Source: Peptococcales bacterium (GTDB lineage Bacteria > Bacillota > Peptococcia > Peptococcales > BICA1-8). Taken from it: DNA of 37,776 bases. This document shows, in pieces, positions 17,490 to 26,378 of this stretch (the stretch's first letter is position 1; every line of letters starts with the position of its first letter). The stretch is taken from contig JBMNUR010000003.1 in the NCBI GenBank assembly GCA_050946395.1, positions 1-37,776 on the forward strand, given 5' to 3'. Under the pieces are notes generated by a model. That model saw only the letters and a program-made list of their open reading frames with translations, searched no databases and was not told the DNA's origin. The translations under genes were made by a program, and so were the position numbers.

Positions 17490-19166
17490 TTATTTCATTC
17501 TATCTCTAAATTCCAGTTTAAACCCATCCTTTGTTTTCTGTATTGTCTGGAATTTATTATTTAAAAGTGGATTAGTATATGTGAAATCAACTCTCCTGTG
17601 GTGTCCCCGTGATTCTTTACGGTTTTCGGCGGTTAAAGCCACAGCTTCAGCTAAGTCAATTAAATCCAAAACTTCTAGAGTTCTCATTAATTCATGAGAG
17701 TCCTCGCATTTAATTTCTAAAATTGAAAATTGTCTTAAATCATTAAGGTACTTAATTCCTGCTTTTAATAAAGTTTCTGACCTAACTTTTAAGCCAACGT
17801 AGTCATTCATGATCTGTTGTAAAGTAGAATTACTTTCTAACCAATGAGCTCCATTTTCTCTTTCCAGGAATAATTTATAAAAGCTAATTTTTTCATTAAT
17901 TAGAGGGTGATTGCTTACATCATAGTCATCTACTTGTTTGACATATTCACTGGAATCTTCCCCTACAACGTCACCCCATACTGATGCGTTGGTAATGTTT
18001 CCTCTGACGTTACCACAACAAATACCTGCAGCATAAAGGCCTTTTACTGATGTCATACCGTTTAAACCAATATCAATACCTTTTTGAGATAACGAATAGT
18101 CATAGGTCCCAAATTCGACCATAGTTTTGCGCAAATCAATGCCCCGTTTTTCACAATAATCCGTAATTGAGTCAATGCCTTCACTTTCAAAGGCTTTTTC
18201 TTGGTACTTTAGATCATCTTCGCTAAGTTCTGTACAGTTCATATATGTTGGACCAGTTCCATTAGCAAGTTTTTCTCCAAAAATACCTGGCCATATATCC
18301 ATCATGGCATCGCCTGTTTCTCTATTTGGCTTTGTTAAAAAGGGGCTAATGGATTTACCGGTAATGTCTGATAAAACGCCAATCCAAGTTGCTTTACCGG
18401 AACGAGCAAAACCTTTTATCCCGGCATGAATATAAGGTACATCGATATTAACGAGTTTGGCTCCAGCTCTAAAGGCAATAGCTGCTCCGCCCGCTGCTGC
18501 AGGACAACTATGCGTATTGAAAATGTAAGCAGGATTGACATGAGGATACATTCTCATGGCCTGTGCCGTAGCTACCAATACTGCTTTAGCTTGAAAAATA
18601 ATTACTTCCGGTATATCTTCACTTAAACTAAAACCAATAGCACCGACAGCTCGACCTTCCTCATTTACTAAAACTTCATTAATAAATACCTTATTCATAA
18701 TTTTTGCACCATTTTTTTGGGCCTGCTGTGTCAATACTTTCTTTTGGTTATGTCCATCATATTTTAAATGATAGCGTTGACGGCCTGGCATGGCATGACC
18801 TTCAAATTTCCAATCACCGGTTGGCCTCATATTAATGCCATAAGATTCCCATTTTTGAACAATACTATAGGATCTTCTCATCATTTTCCGTAACATAGCT
18901 GGATCCTGCCAGGGTCCGCCTTCCATCGTTTCATTAATCTCACTGATTACTAAACTAAAATCATCACCGTGGCATTCAGGAATATAACACATGAAGTGGT
19001 CGTTTCCGTTGGCACCACTTCCGGAACGTCGAGTATCTGCTTTTTCAGCTACGATGACGTCCACACCTTTTTCGCCTGCAGTAATTGCTGCCTGTAATCC
19101 AGCAATACCACCACCGATAATTAGTAATTCAGTTTTTACTATTTCCTTCCTTACTTTTAAATCCAT
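17490..19166 (-). CDS. FAD-binding flavoprotein, AprA/AsfA-like (paralog 2)
   Basis: IIGGGIAG, EKADTRRSGSGANG (compare AprA EKAxxxRSGA), GLYAAG, NRKESRGHHRRVDF. Confidence 0.85.
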   Translation of the reverse strand: MDLKVRKEIVKTELLIIGGGIAGLQAAITAGEKGVDVIVAEKADTRRSGSGANGNDHFMCYIPECHGDDFSLVISEINETMEGGPWQDPAMLRKMMRRSYSIVQKWESYGINMRPTGDWKFEGHAMPGRQRYHLKYDGHNQKKVLTQQAQKNGAKIMNKVFINEVLVNEEGRAVGAIGFSLSEDIPEVIIFQAKAVLVATAQAMRMYPHVNPAYIFNTHSCPAAAGGAAIAFRAGAKLVNIDVPYIHAGIKGFARSGKATWIGVLSDITGKSISPFLTKPNRETGDAMMDIWPGIFGEKLANGTGPTYMNCTELSEDDLKYQEKAFESEGIDSITDYCEKRGIDLRKTMVEFGTYDYSLSQKGIDIGLNGMTSVKGLYAAGICCGNVRGNITNASVWGDVVGEDSSEYVKQVDDYDVSNHPLINEKISFYKLFLERENGAHWLESNSTLQQIMNDYVGLKVRSETLLKAGIKYLNDLRQFSILEIKCEDSHELMRTLEVLDLIDLAEAVALTAENRKESRGHHRRVDFTYTNPLLNNKFQTIQKTKDGFKLEFRDRMK

Positions 19167-19414
19167 TATTGCTCACCCCCTTTAGTAGCTTTTACATCCA
19201 TAGTTAACATCATATGTGATAACGGATACCTCATAGTGATGGCATCGGCAGGACATTCTTTGATACAAGCTCTGCAATGCCAACATTCATATGGATACTT
19301 AACGACAACTTCCCTTTTTTGCTCCTTCTTATCAACACGAATAACATCAAGAGGACAAATTTGTGCACATACCTCACACTTAATACATTTAGTTCTGTCT
19401 ATTACCGGTGGCAC
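19166..19414 (-). CDS. 2x[4Fe-4S] ferredoxin, AprB-like
   Basis: CIKCEVCAQICP and YPYECWHCRACIKECP. Probable GTG start at 19414 after AGGAGAGGTGA; stop overlaps the flavoprotein start. Confidence 0.9.
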   Translation of the reverse strand: MPPVIDRTKCIKCEVCAQICPLDVIRVDKKEQKREVVVKYPYECWHCRACIKECPADAITMRYPLSHMMLTMDVKATKGGEQ

Positions 19415-19655
19415 GATCCTCACCTCTCCTCCCGTTCTATTTAATAAAAGTTAATGGCCATAACTTTTTTCACCTTCAGTATATATTTCATTTATACTTA
19501 GGTAAAATAACATTTATAGATATGATTATTACCATTAATTATAGTTGTGTAATGGGTTCTCCTTATAAGTAATATAATTAATTCTAATCTGAATTTACGC
19601 AATTGAAGTATGCTACTTATTATTCTAAATTCAAATAAAGAAATTAAAATGCTGT

Positions 19656-21215
19656 TTAACTCAAAATATTTTTCAGTTCCCCCCATTTTTCTTTAAAAAT
19701 CCCAGTTGGCATAGTTTTTAACTGCTTGGAAATTTTCGGCTTGAAATTCATAAGCCCCAGTACATCTTTTTCCAAGTCAATACCCGGAGCAATTTCAATA
19801 AGAGTCATTCCACCATCTTCTAAAGTAAATACTGCTCTTTCGGTAACATATACTACCGGTTGTTTAATTTGTTGAGCATATTTTCCACTAAAAGTAATTT
19901 GCTCTACTTGGTCCAGAAATTTTCTTTGCTTACCTTCATTTAAAATAACTAACTTACCGTCTTCTACCATAGTAGCCAATCCTTCGGCGGTAAAGGTACC
20001 ACAATAGACAACTTTTTTTGATCCTTGAGTAATATTTATAAAACCACCGCAGCCCATGGCCCTGCCACTGAACTTACTGACGTTGACATTACCATTTTTA
20101 TCTGTTTGGGCCAGCCCCAAGAAAGCAACATCAATTCCGCCGCCATCATAAAAATCAAACTGTGAGTGATGCTCAATCATTGCCTCGGCATTATAAGCAT
20201 GACCAAAATGGGGCAGACTGGCGGGGACACCGCCTATTCCCCCGGCTTCAGTTGTCAAAATCAACTTCTCACTGATTTTTTCCTCAGCAGCTATCGCAGC
20301 AACATCAGTAGGAATACCTACTCCAAGATTGACTACAGCACCTGGGACTAATTCCATTGCAGCGCGCCGGGCAATTATTTTTCTTTCGTTTAACGGAAGT
20401 TCCGGGATAGTCTCTAAAGGTATCTTGACATCGCCGGCAAAAGCCGGGTTGAAATACACTCCCTCTGTTTGCCAGTGATTGACCGGATCAGTTGCAACCA
20501 CAAGATAATCAATAAGAATGCCCGGAACTTTAACCTTCTTAGGGTGCAAAGTATTGGCTTTTACTATTTGTTCTACTTGCGCAATAACAATACCACCGCT
20601 ACTTTTAGCAGCTTGGGCCAAAGGCAATGCTTCCGTCAGCATCCCTTCTTTATCCATAGTTAGGTTTCCGTTTTCATCGGCGTAGGTTCCCCTGATAATG
20701 ACTACATCTACAGGGAGAGTTTTATAAAATAACCATTCCTCCCCCTCAAAATCTACTACCTTAACAATATCCTCTGTGGTAACTGAGTTCATTTTGCCGC
20801 CCTCTAGGCGAGGATCAACATATGTGCCAAGGCCTACTTTGGTAATAAGACCCGGCCTTTTGGCAGCAGTTTCCCGCCACAACTGAACAATAACCCCTTG
20901 TGGTAAATTGTAAGCCTCTACTTTATTTTCCGTGACCAGTTTTGCCATATTGGCTGAAGAACCTACATGCCCACCTATCCAGCGTTTAATCAATCCCTCA
21001 TACCCAATGGTTGTTGTTCCCCGGTCTTTCCAATCACCAATGGCTGAACTGTGAACCAAAGTGAGATTCTTGGGACTACCCTTTTCTAGAAATCGCTTTT
21101 TTAGGGCCTTAGCAATTTCCTCAGGCCATCCGGCAAGTCCTATGGCACTTGCCCCAATCGTTACACCGTCTTTTATTAACATAACAGCCTGTTCGGCAGT
21201 TAAGACCTTAGACAT
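19656..21215 (-). CDS. Family I acyl-CoA:carboxylate CoA transferase (Pct/YdiF/CarA-like, fused)
   Basis: YNLPQG, VNLGVGIP, catalytic TTEAGGIGG, GNVNVS, GCGGFINI. Confidence 0.92.
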   Translation of the reverse strand: MSKVLTAEQAVMLIKDGVTIGASAIGLAGWPEEIAKALKKRFLEKGSPKNLTLVHSSAIGDWKDRGTTTIGYEGLIKRWIGGHVGSSANMAKLVTENKVEAYNLPQGVIVQLWRETAAKRPGLITKVGLGTYVDPRLEGGKMNSVTTEDIVKVVDFEGEEWLFYKTLPVDVVIIRGTYADENGNLTMDKEGMLTEALPLAQAAKSSGGIVIAQVEQIVKANTLHPKKVKVPGILIDYLVVATDPVNHWQTEGVYFNPAFAGDVKIPLETIPELPLNERKIIARRAAMELVPGAVVNLGVGIPTDVAAIAAEEKISEKLILTTEAGGIGGVPASLPHFGHAYNAEAMIEHHSQFDFYDGGGIDVAFLGLAQTDKNGNVNVSKFSGRAMGCGGFINITQGSKKVVYCGTFTAEGLATMVEDGKLVILNEGKQRKFLDQVEQITFSGKYAQQIKQPVVYVTERAVFTLEDGGMTLIEIAPGIDLEKDVLGLMNFKPKISKQLKTMPTGIFKEKWGELKNILS

Positions 21216-21241
21216 TTAATCACTCCCTTGTTTTCGATAGA

Positions 21242-22441
21242 TTATTCAATATTTTTTATTTCCTTAAACTTCTCAATCATCAAAGGCAGTATTTCTAAAG
21301 CATCACCAACAATACCATAGTCGGCTATGCTAAAGATGGGTGCATTAGCATCTTTATTTACAGCAATAATCACATCTGAAGACGACATGCCGGCCACATG
21401 CTGAATAGCACCGGAGATTCCAAATGCAAAGTAAATCTTAGGGGCAACACTTTTCCCTGTTTGTCCAATCTGATGTTCCGGCGATATCCAGCCCGCATCC
21501 ACTGTTGCCCGAGAAGCACCGACAACACCACCTAAAACATCGGCCAATTCCCTAAGTAAGGCGAAGTTTTCAGGTTTACCTATCCCTCTGCCCCCGGAAA
21601 TTATTATTTCGGCATCTTCTAGTTTAATATTTTCCTTAGTTATCTTAATAACCTCAACAAGCTTGGTCCGAATATCCTTCGGCTTTACTTCCAAGTCAAG
21701 TCTAATAATTTTGCCTTTTTTTGTTGCATCAGGAGTCGGCTTTTTAAATACTGCAGGCCTAACTGTACCCATTTGGGGTCTATGTTCCGGACAAAGGATA
21801 GTAGCCATTATATTACCGCCAAAGGCAGGACGGGTCCAGGCCACCAGCCCCGTTTCATCATCAATTCCTAAATCGGTGCAGTCAGCAGTCAGCCCTGTTT
21901 TTACACGACAAGCTACCCTGGGCCCGAGATCTCGGCCGTTTCTGGTAGCACCAAGAAGTATTACTGAAGGCTTATATGTATTTATTAAATTTACTAAAGA
22001 ATTACAATAACCATCTGTATTGTAGTATTTGAGCAGAGGATCTTCGACCAAATATATAGAATCAGCTCCATGAGCAATAGCTTCTTGAGCAAGTCCAAAG
22101 ACGTTATCGCCGATAATTATACCAATCAATTGTTGCCCTAAAGCATTGGCTAGTTTACGGCCCTGACCTAATAATTCCAATCCAACGTTTTCTAATTTTC
22201 CTTCATTTACTTCTAAGTAAACCCAGATATCTTTGAATTGACTTTTATCAACATCTGTCGTAGAGCATTCATCCTCACGAAAAATAGCTTTAACAGCACA
22301 TACATCAACACAAGCACCGCATGAGGTACAAGAATCCGTAATAACCGCTTTACCAGCCTCCATAGTGATTGCCCCAAAAGGACAAGTATTAATGCAGACA
22401 CCACATCCTATACATTTATCTTCAAATATTTTTATTGCCAT
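21242..22441 (-). CDS. etfA: Electron transfer flavoprotein alpha with N-terminal 2x[4Fe-4S] domain (CarE-like)
   Basis: CIGCGVCINTCP and CTSCGACVDVC, then GLTADCT, RPAFGGN, QIGQTGK, GISGAIQH. Confidence 0.93.
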   Translation of the reverse strand: MAIKIFEDKCIGCGVCINTCPFGAITMEAGKAVITDSCTSCGACVDVCAVKAIFREDECSTTDVDKSQFKDIWVYLEVNEGKLENVGLELLGQGRKLANALGQQLIGIIIGDNVFGLAQEAIAHGADSIYLVEDPLLKYYNTDGYCNSLVNLINTYKPSVILLGATRNGRDLGPRVACRVKTGLTADCTDLGIDDETGLVAWTRPAFGGNIMATILCPEHRPQMGTVRPAVFKKPTPDATKKGKIIRLDLEVKPKDIRTKLVEVIKITKENIKLEDAEIIISGGRGIGKPENFALLRELADVLGGVVGASRATVDAGWISPEHQIGQTGKSVAPKIYFAFGISGAIQHVAGMSSSDVIIAVNKDANAPIFSIADYGIVGDALEILPLMIEKFKEIKNIE

Positions 22442-22456
22442 TAAACTACCCCTCCG

Positions 22457-23242
22457 TTAAATAATTTTGTCTTCCGATAGCATTTGAAAAAGCTCAGCTA
22501 CACCTTCTTGGCTGGTAGGCTTTTGAATCTTTAAACACTGCTTGCGCTGCGGTGGTGAAAAAATTCTTCGTACTTGAGTTGGTGAGCCTTTCAAACCTAT
22601 TTTTTCCTGATCAATACCAATATCTTTTAACCCTAAGACTTTAATTTCTTTTCGCAAAGATTGAATTATGCCCCTACAATTGGGTAAACGTGGTTCATTG
22701 ATAGACTTTACAACTGTAATCAATAGTGGTAATTGGGCTTCAAGCACTTCATAGAAGTGATCTTGTTCCCTGTGAAACCGCAGAATATTCCCATCTCTAT
22801 TGATATTTGCCACATAAGTAATCTGAGCAATACCCAGATGCTCCGCAATTTCCGGTCCGACCTGGGCAGTGTCTCCATCGATAGCTTGCATACCGCAGAT
22901 AATAAGATCATAGCTACCAAGTTTACGAATACTTTGAGCCAAAGTATAGCTAGTAGCCAGAGTATCAGCACCGCCAAAAGCTCGATCACTAACTAAAAAG
23001 GCTTCATCAGCTCCTATGGCCAAGCATTCTTGAAGAGCCTCCTTAGCTTGAGGCGGGCCCATTGTGATTACAGTTACGGTACCACCATATTTATCCCTCA
23101 ATTGGAGTGCAGCTTCCAAGGCATTTTTATCAAAAGGGTTAATAATACTTGGTACGCCTTGACGTATGAGAGTATTTGTTTTTGGGTCGATTTTTACCTC
23201 GGCTGTATCGGGTACTTGTTTAACACAAACAATAATCTTCAT
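22457..23242 (-). CDS. etfB: Electron transfer flavoprotein beta
   Basis: VCVKQVPD, NPFD, DRAFGGADTLAT, QAIDGDTAQVG. Start MKIIV at 23242 after AGGAGG. Confidence 0.93.
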   Translation of the reverse strand: MKIIVCVKQVPDTAEVKIDPKTNTLIRQGVPSIINPFDKNALEAALQLRDKYGGTVTVITMGPPQAKEALQECLAIGADEAFLVSDRAFGGADTLATSYTLAQSIRKLGSYDLIICGMQAIDGDTAQVGPEIAEHLGIAQITYVANINRDGNILRFHREQDHFYEVLEAQLPLLITVVKSINEPRLPNCRGIIQSLRKEIKVLGLKDIGIDQEKIGLKGSPTQVRRIFSPPQRKQCLKIQKPTSQEGVAELFQMLSEDKII

Positions 23243-23286
23243 GTATTTACCTCCTAGCATTGTTAATAGTAATCAACTCAATCCTT

Positions 23287-24417
23287 TTAACGTAAAAGTT
23301 GGTTAGAGATGACAATCCTTTGTATTTGATTAGTTCCTTCAAAAATCTGATGAACCTTGGCATCACGCATTAATTTTTCAACAGGATATTCACGACTGTA
23401 ACCATACCCCCCTAAAATCTGCACAGCATCGGTAGTTACACTCATTGCAACATCCGTACAATAAAGCTTAGCCATAGCTGCTTCCCTAGTAAAGCGCTTA
23501 CCTTTTTGTTTTAAATATGCTGCTTGATAACACAATAGCCTTGCTGCTTCAATTTTGGTTGCCATATCGGCCAGCATAAAAGAAATACCTTGATAACTTG
23601 CAATGGGCTTTCCAAACTGAACCCGTTCCTTTGCATATTTAACAGAATGCTCAAGGGCAGCTTGAGCAATACCTAAGGCTTGAGCAGCACAGCCAATACG
23701 TCCGACATCTAAGGTTTCCATGCAAATTTTAAAACCCTCTCCTTCTCTTGCCAATAAATTTTCCTTAGGAACCCTCACATCTTGTAAGATTAACTCTGTA
23801 GTTACAGCAGACCTTAAGCCCATCTTCTTTTCTTTTTTGCCTAAGCTAAACCTAGGTGTACCCTTCTCAACTATGAAACAGCTAATGCCCTTAGTTCCTT
23901 TACTTTGATCCGTTACTGCCATAACCAAATAAATATCAGCATCATTACTGATAAAACACTTCGTCCCATTTAGCACATAATGATCTCCATCAAGGATAGC
24001 CTTACTTTGTAAAGCGGCTGGGTCACTGCCCGCACCGGGTTCAGTAAGAGCAAAACCACAAATTGCCGTGCCCTCAAGCACCGGTCTGAGATATTTTTGT
24101 TTTTGTTCTTCAGTACCATGCAGAAAAATAGGCAATCCACCTAAACCACCGCCGCCAATAGGAATACACATGGTAACATCAACCCTAGCTATTTCTTCAA
24201 TAGCAAGAATATAGCTTAAATAGTCACCACCTGAGCCGCCGTATTCTTCAGGATAGGGTATCCCCTGAAAGCCAAACTTAGCAATTGTATCAAATAATGA
24301 ACGGTCAAATCTTTCTTCCTCATCTCTTTCTACAACGCTAGGAGCAATGTATTTCTCAGAAACCTCCCGAGCCAGTTTCTTAATCATTTTGTTTTCTTCT
24401 GTCAATTCGAAATGCAT
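23287..24417 (-). CDS. Acyl-CoA dehydrogenase (Bcd/CarC-like)
   Basis: FALTEPGAGSD, GTKCFIS, KMGLR, QILGGYG, catalytic IFEGTNQIQR. Confidence 0.93.
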   Translation of the reverse strand: MHFELTEENKMIKKLAREVSEKYIAPSVVERDEEERFDRSLFDTIAKFGFQGIPYPEEYGGSGGDYLSYILAIEEIARVDVTMCIPIGGGGLGGLPIFLHGTEEQKQKYLRPVLEGTAICGFALTEPGAGSDPAALQSKAILDGDHYVLNGTKCFISNDADIYLVMAVTDQSKGTKGISCFIVEKGTPRFSLGKKEKKMGLRSAVTTELILQDVRVPKENLLAREGEGFKICMETLDVGRIGCAAQALGIAQAALEHSVKYAKERVQFGKPIASYQGISFMLADMATKIEAARLLCYQAAYLKQKGKRFTREAAMAKLYCTDVAMSVTTDAVQILGGYGYSREYPVEKLMRDAKVHQIFEGTNQIQRIVISNQLLR

Positions 24418-24547
24418 GAATTATCCCCTTTCTTTCATTTTATTAAGGCATTCTTATGAGCCTTTGCAAGCTGTACGGTTAAAACCTCTGATTTTATCAT
24501 AGATTAACTTTATTATTTATGTAAAATATCAATTATTGTATTCTATT

Positions 24548-24562
24548 ATAAGCATTAGTCAT
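24548..24562. promoter_or_regulatory. Candidate LysR box upstream of the acyl-CoA dehydrogenase operon
   Basis: ATAA-GCATTAG-TCAT contains T-N11-A; adjacent to the LysR gene. AT-rich context lowers specificity. Confidence 0.35.
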
Positions 24563-24617
24563 ACTTATATAATTATAGCTATAAGCAAACTTCCTTTTTA
24601 ATCTTAAAAAACGTTAG

Positions 24618-24656
24618 AAAAAAAAGATAATGAGTAGCAATCTACCCATTATCTTT
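24618..24656 (-). terminator. Intrinsic terminator of the LysR gene
   Basis: A-tract + AAGATAATGAGTAG...CTACCCATTATCTT. Confidence 0.7.
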
Positions 24657-24691
24657 ATTGATAATTCATTAACATATATTTTTAGAATTAT

Positions 24692-25615
24692 CTAATTACT
24701 CTCTTTATAACGATTACAATATAGCAATAACTCATCTACTATTCTTTGTTCGGATATTGAAAGTTTTTGCTTTTTATGTACCCAACCAAATCGGGAATTC
24801 CAGTTATAATCGGATATTAAGACCACTTCGAGCTTGTCACTAAACGTTTTATTACTTTCAAAGGCCGTGAACTTTGGAACTATCGCTATAGCATTTGATC
24901 GGGTTAGAAAATTTCTTAAGGTCCCTATATCATTAATGTTATAAATTTGCTGATGATAGTCGCAATATCCAAATTGTTTTAGAAAATTTAGCATGAGAAA
25001 ATTAATTGAACTATTACTTGTAACTACAGGATAACGAATAATTTCATTCATTGGAGCTTGGCTTTTAGCTGCTAAAGGATGATTATAGCCTAAGATTATA
25101 CACATTTCATCATCAAACAATTCCTGAAAATAAGCATTATTTCTTCTAATTTCTGTCATTAGGCTGCTTTCAGTTGCAGAATTTAAGGTAATCATCCCAA
25201 TATCTACTTCATTTAAGGCAATATTTTTAATAATACTAAAAATCTCATCCCGCATAATATCTACAATTAGTTCCGGGAATTTGTTTCGTAAATCAACCAG
25301 GCTTTCGAATATAATGACGCTACAATGGTGAGAGCCGCTCCCAATTCTAACTCTTCCTATTAACTTTTCATCTATAATATTAATTTCATTTATTGCCTCC
25401 ATGATAATTACCGCTTTTTCTAAAACCAATTTGCCTTTTTCAGTAAATTCGATTCCCTTTTTTTCTCGTATTAAAATATCGTATCCCAGTTCTTCTTCTA
25501 ACTCTTTGATCGCTCTACTGATAGCAGGTTGTGAAATTAGTATTTTTTCCGCAGCCTTTGAAAAAGAACCATATGAATTCAAAGCTACTAAAAATTCAAA
25601 TTGATTTAAACGCAT
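24692..25615 (-). CDS. LysR family transcriptional regulator
   Basis: GSFSKAAEKILISQPAISRAIKELEEELG HTH. Start MRLNQ after GGAGG. Confidence 0.93.
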   Translation of the reverse strand: MRLNQFEFLVALNSYGSFSKAAEKILISQPAISRAIKELEEELGYDILIREKKGIEFTEKGKLVLEKAVIIMEAINEINIIDEKLIGRVRIGSGSHHCSVIIFESLVDLRNKFPELIVDIMRDEIFSIIKNIALNEVDIGMITLNSATESSLMTEIRRNNAYFQELFDDEMCIILGYNHPLAAKSQAPMNEIIRYPVVTSNSSINFLMLNFLKQFGYCDYHQQIYNINDIGTLRNFLTRSNAIAIVPKFTAFESNKTFSDKLEVVLISDYNWNSRFGWVHKKQKLSISEQRIVDELLLYCNRYKESN

Positions 25616-25793
25616 AGAATACCCTCCATACACAAATACAATATTTTATCAAATAAATAACTCAATTTCTTCTCTATAGCAAGTTTGTGCATAAAATGAT
25701 ATTGCTGTTATAATTCTTCTACATTTTGTTCAAATTTCCCTTCATTAATATAAACAATTTTTCTGTGTGCTTCAGTGCTCCCACACCCTATTA

Positions 25794-26378
25794 TCATTTA
25801 TCGAAAATTATCGACTTAATAACAGCAAAATACTCTCTAATATATGACTGCACAATTATCGTTGGAGGGATTTTAGCCGGTAGTCCATAAGGATTCATGC
25901 CCAGTCTCTTTGCCAAAAATTTTGCTCTAAATACATGATATTTATTAGTAACTATTAGCACATTTAGATTTTCCTCATCATAAATTTCTCTTAGTTTGTT
26001 TAAACTATACAGTAAATTTTCAAAAGTAGAGGTGGCTTTATCTTCTATAATAATCCTATCTTCTTCAATTCCGTTATTCACCAAATACTTTGCCATTGCT
26101 TGTGCTTCAGGTATATTTTCATCTATCCCTTGTCCACCAGTCACAACAACTTTCACATCTTCATTTTCAATTAAATAATCCTTAGCTACCTTTAGCCTTT
26201 CTAGAAGTGCAGGTGAAGGTATTTCACCATAAAGCCTAGCCCCTAAAATTATTACATAGTCAACTTTATTAGTTGATTTTTTGCTGCCCTCAATAAGAAT
26301 TAGCCCTTCAATGATAATAAAAGATGCCACTCCTAGTATTATTAAAAATACCAGTATTCTAGGTATCATTTTCTTCAT
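25794..26378 (-). CDS. YdcF/ElyC/SanA (DUF218) family protein
   Basis: IILGA, TGGQG, EAQAM, STFEN, VTNKYHVFRA, REY. Confidence 0.9.
   Translation of the reverse strand: MKKMIPRILVFLIILGVASFIIIEGLILIEGSKKSTNKVDYVIILGARLYGEIPSPALLERLKVAKDYLIENEDVKVVVTGGQGIDENIPEAQAMAKYLVNNGIEEDRIIIEDKATSTFENLLYSLNKLREIYDEENLNVLIVTNKYHVFRAKFLAKRLGMNPYGLPAKIPPTIIVQSYIREYFAVIKSIIFDK

Noticed and set aside
15337-19414. Calling these genes sdhA/frdA or aprAB
   Set aside because: Catalytic and covalent-FAD motifs are absent, and no membrane anchor, Sat or Qmo genes occur in the window.
19498-19686. 62-aa minus-strand ORF in the cluster gap
   Set aside because: Starts inside the CoA transferase gene, AT-rich, no motif; more likely regulatory DNA.
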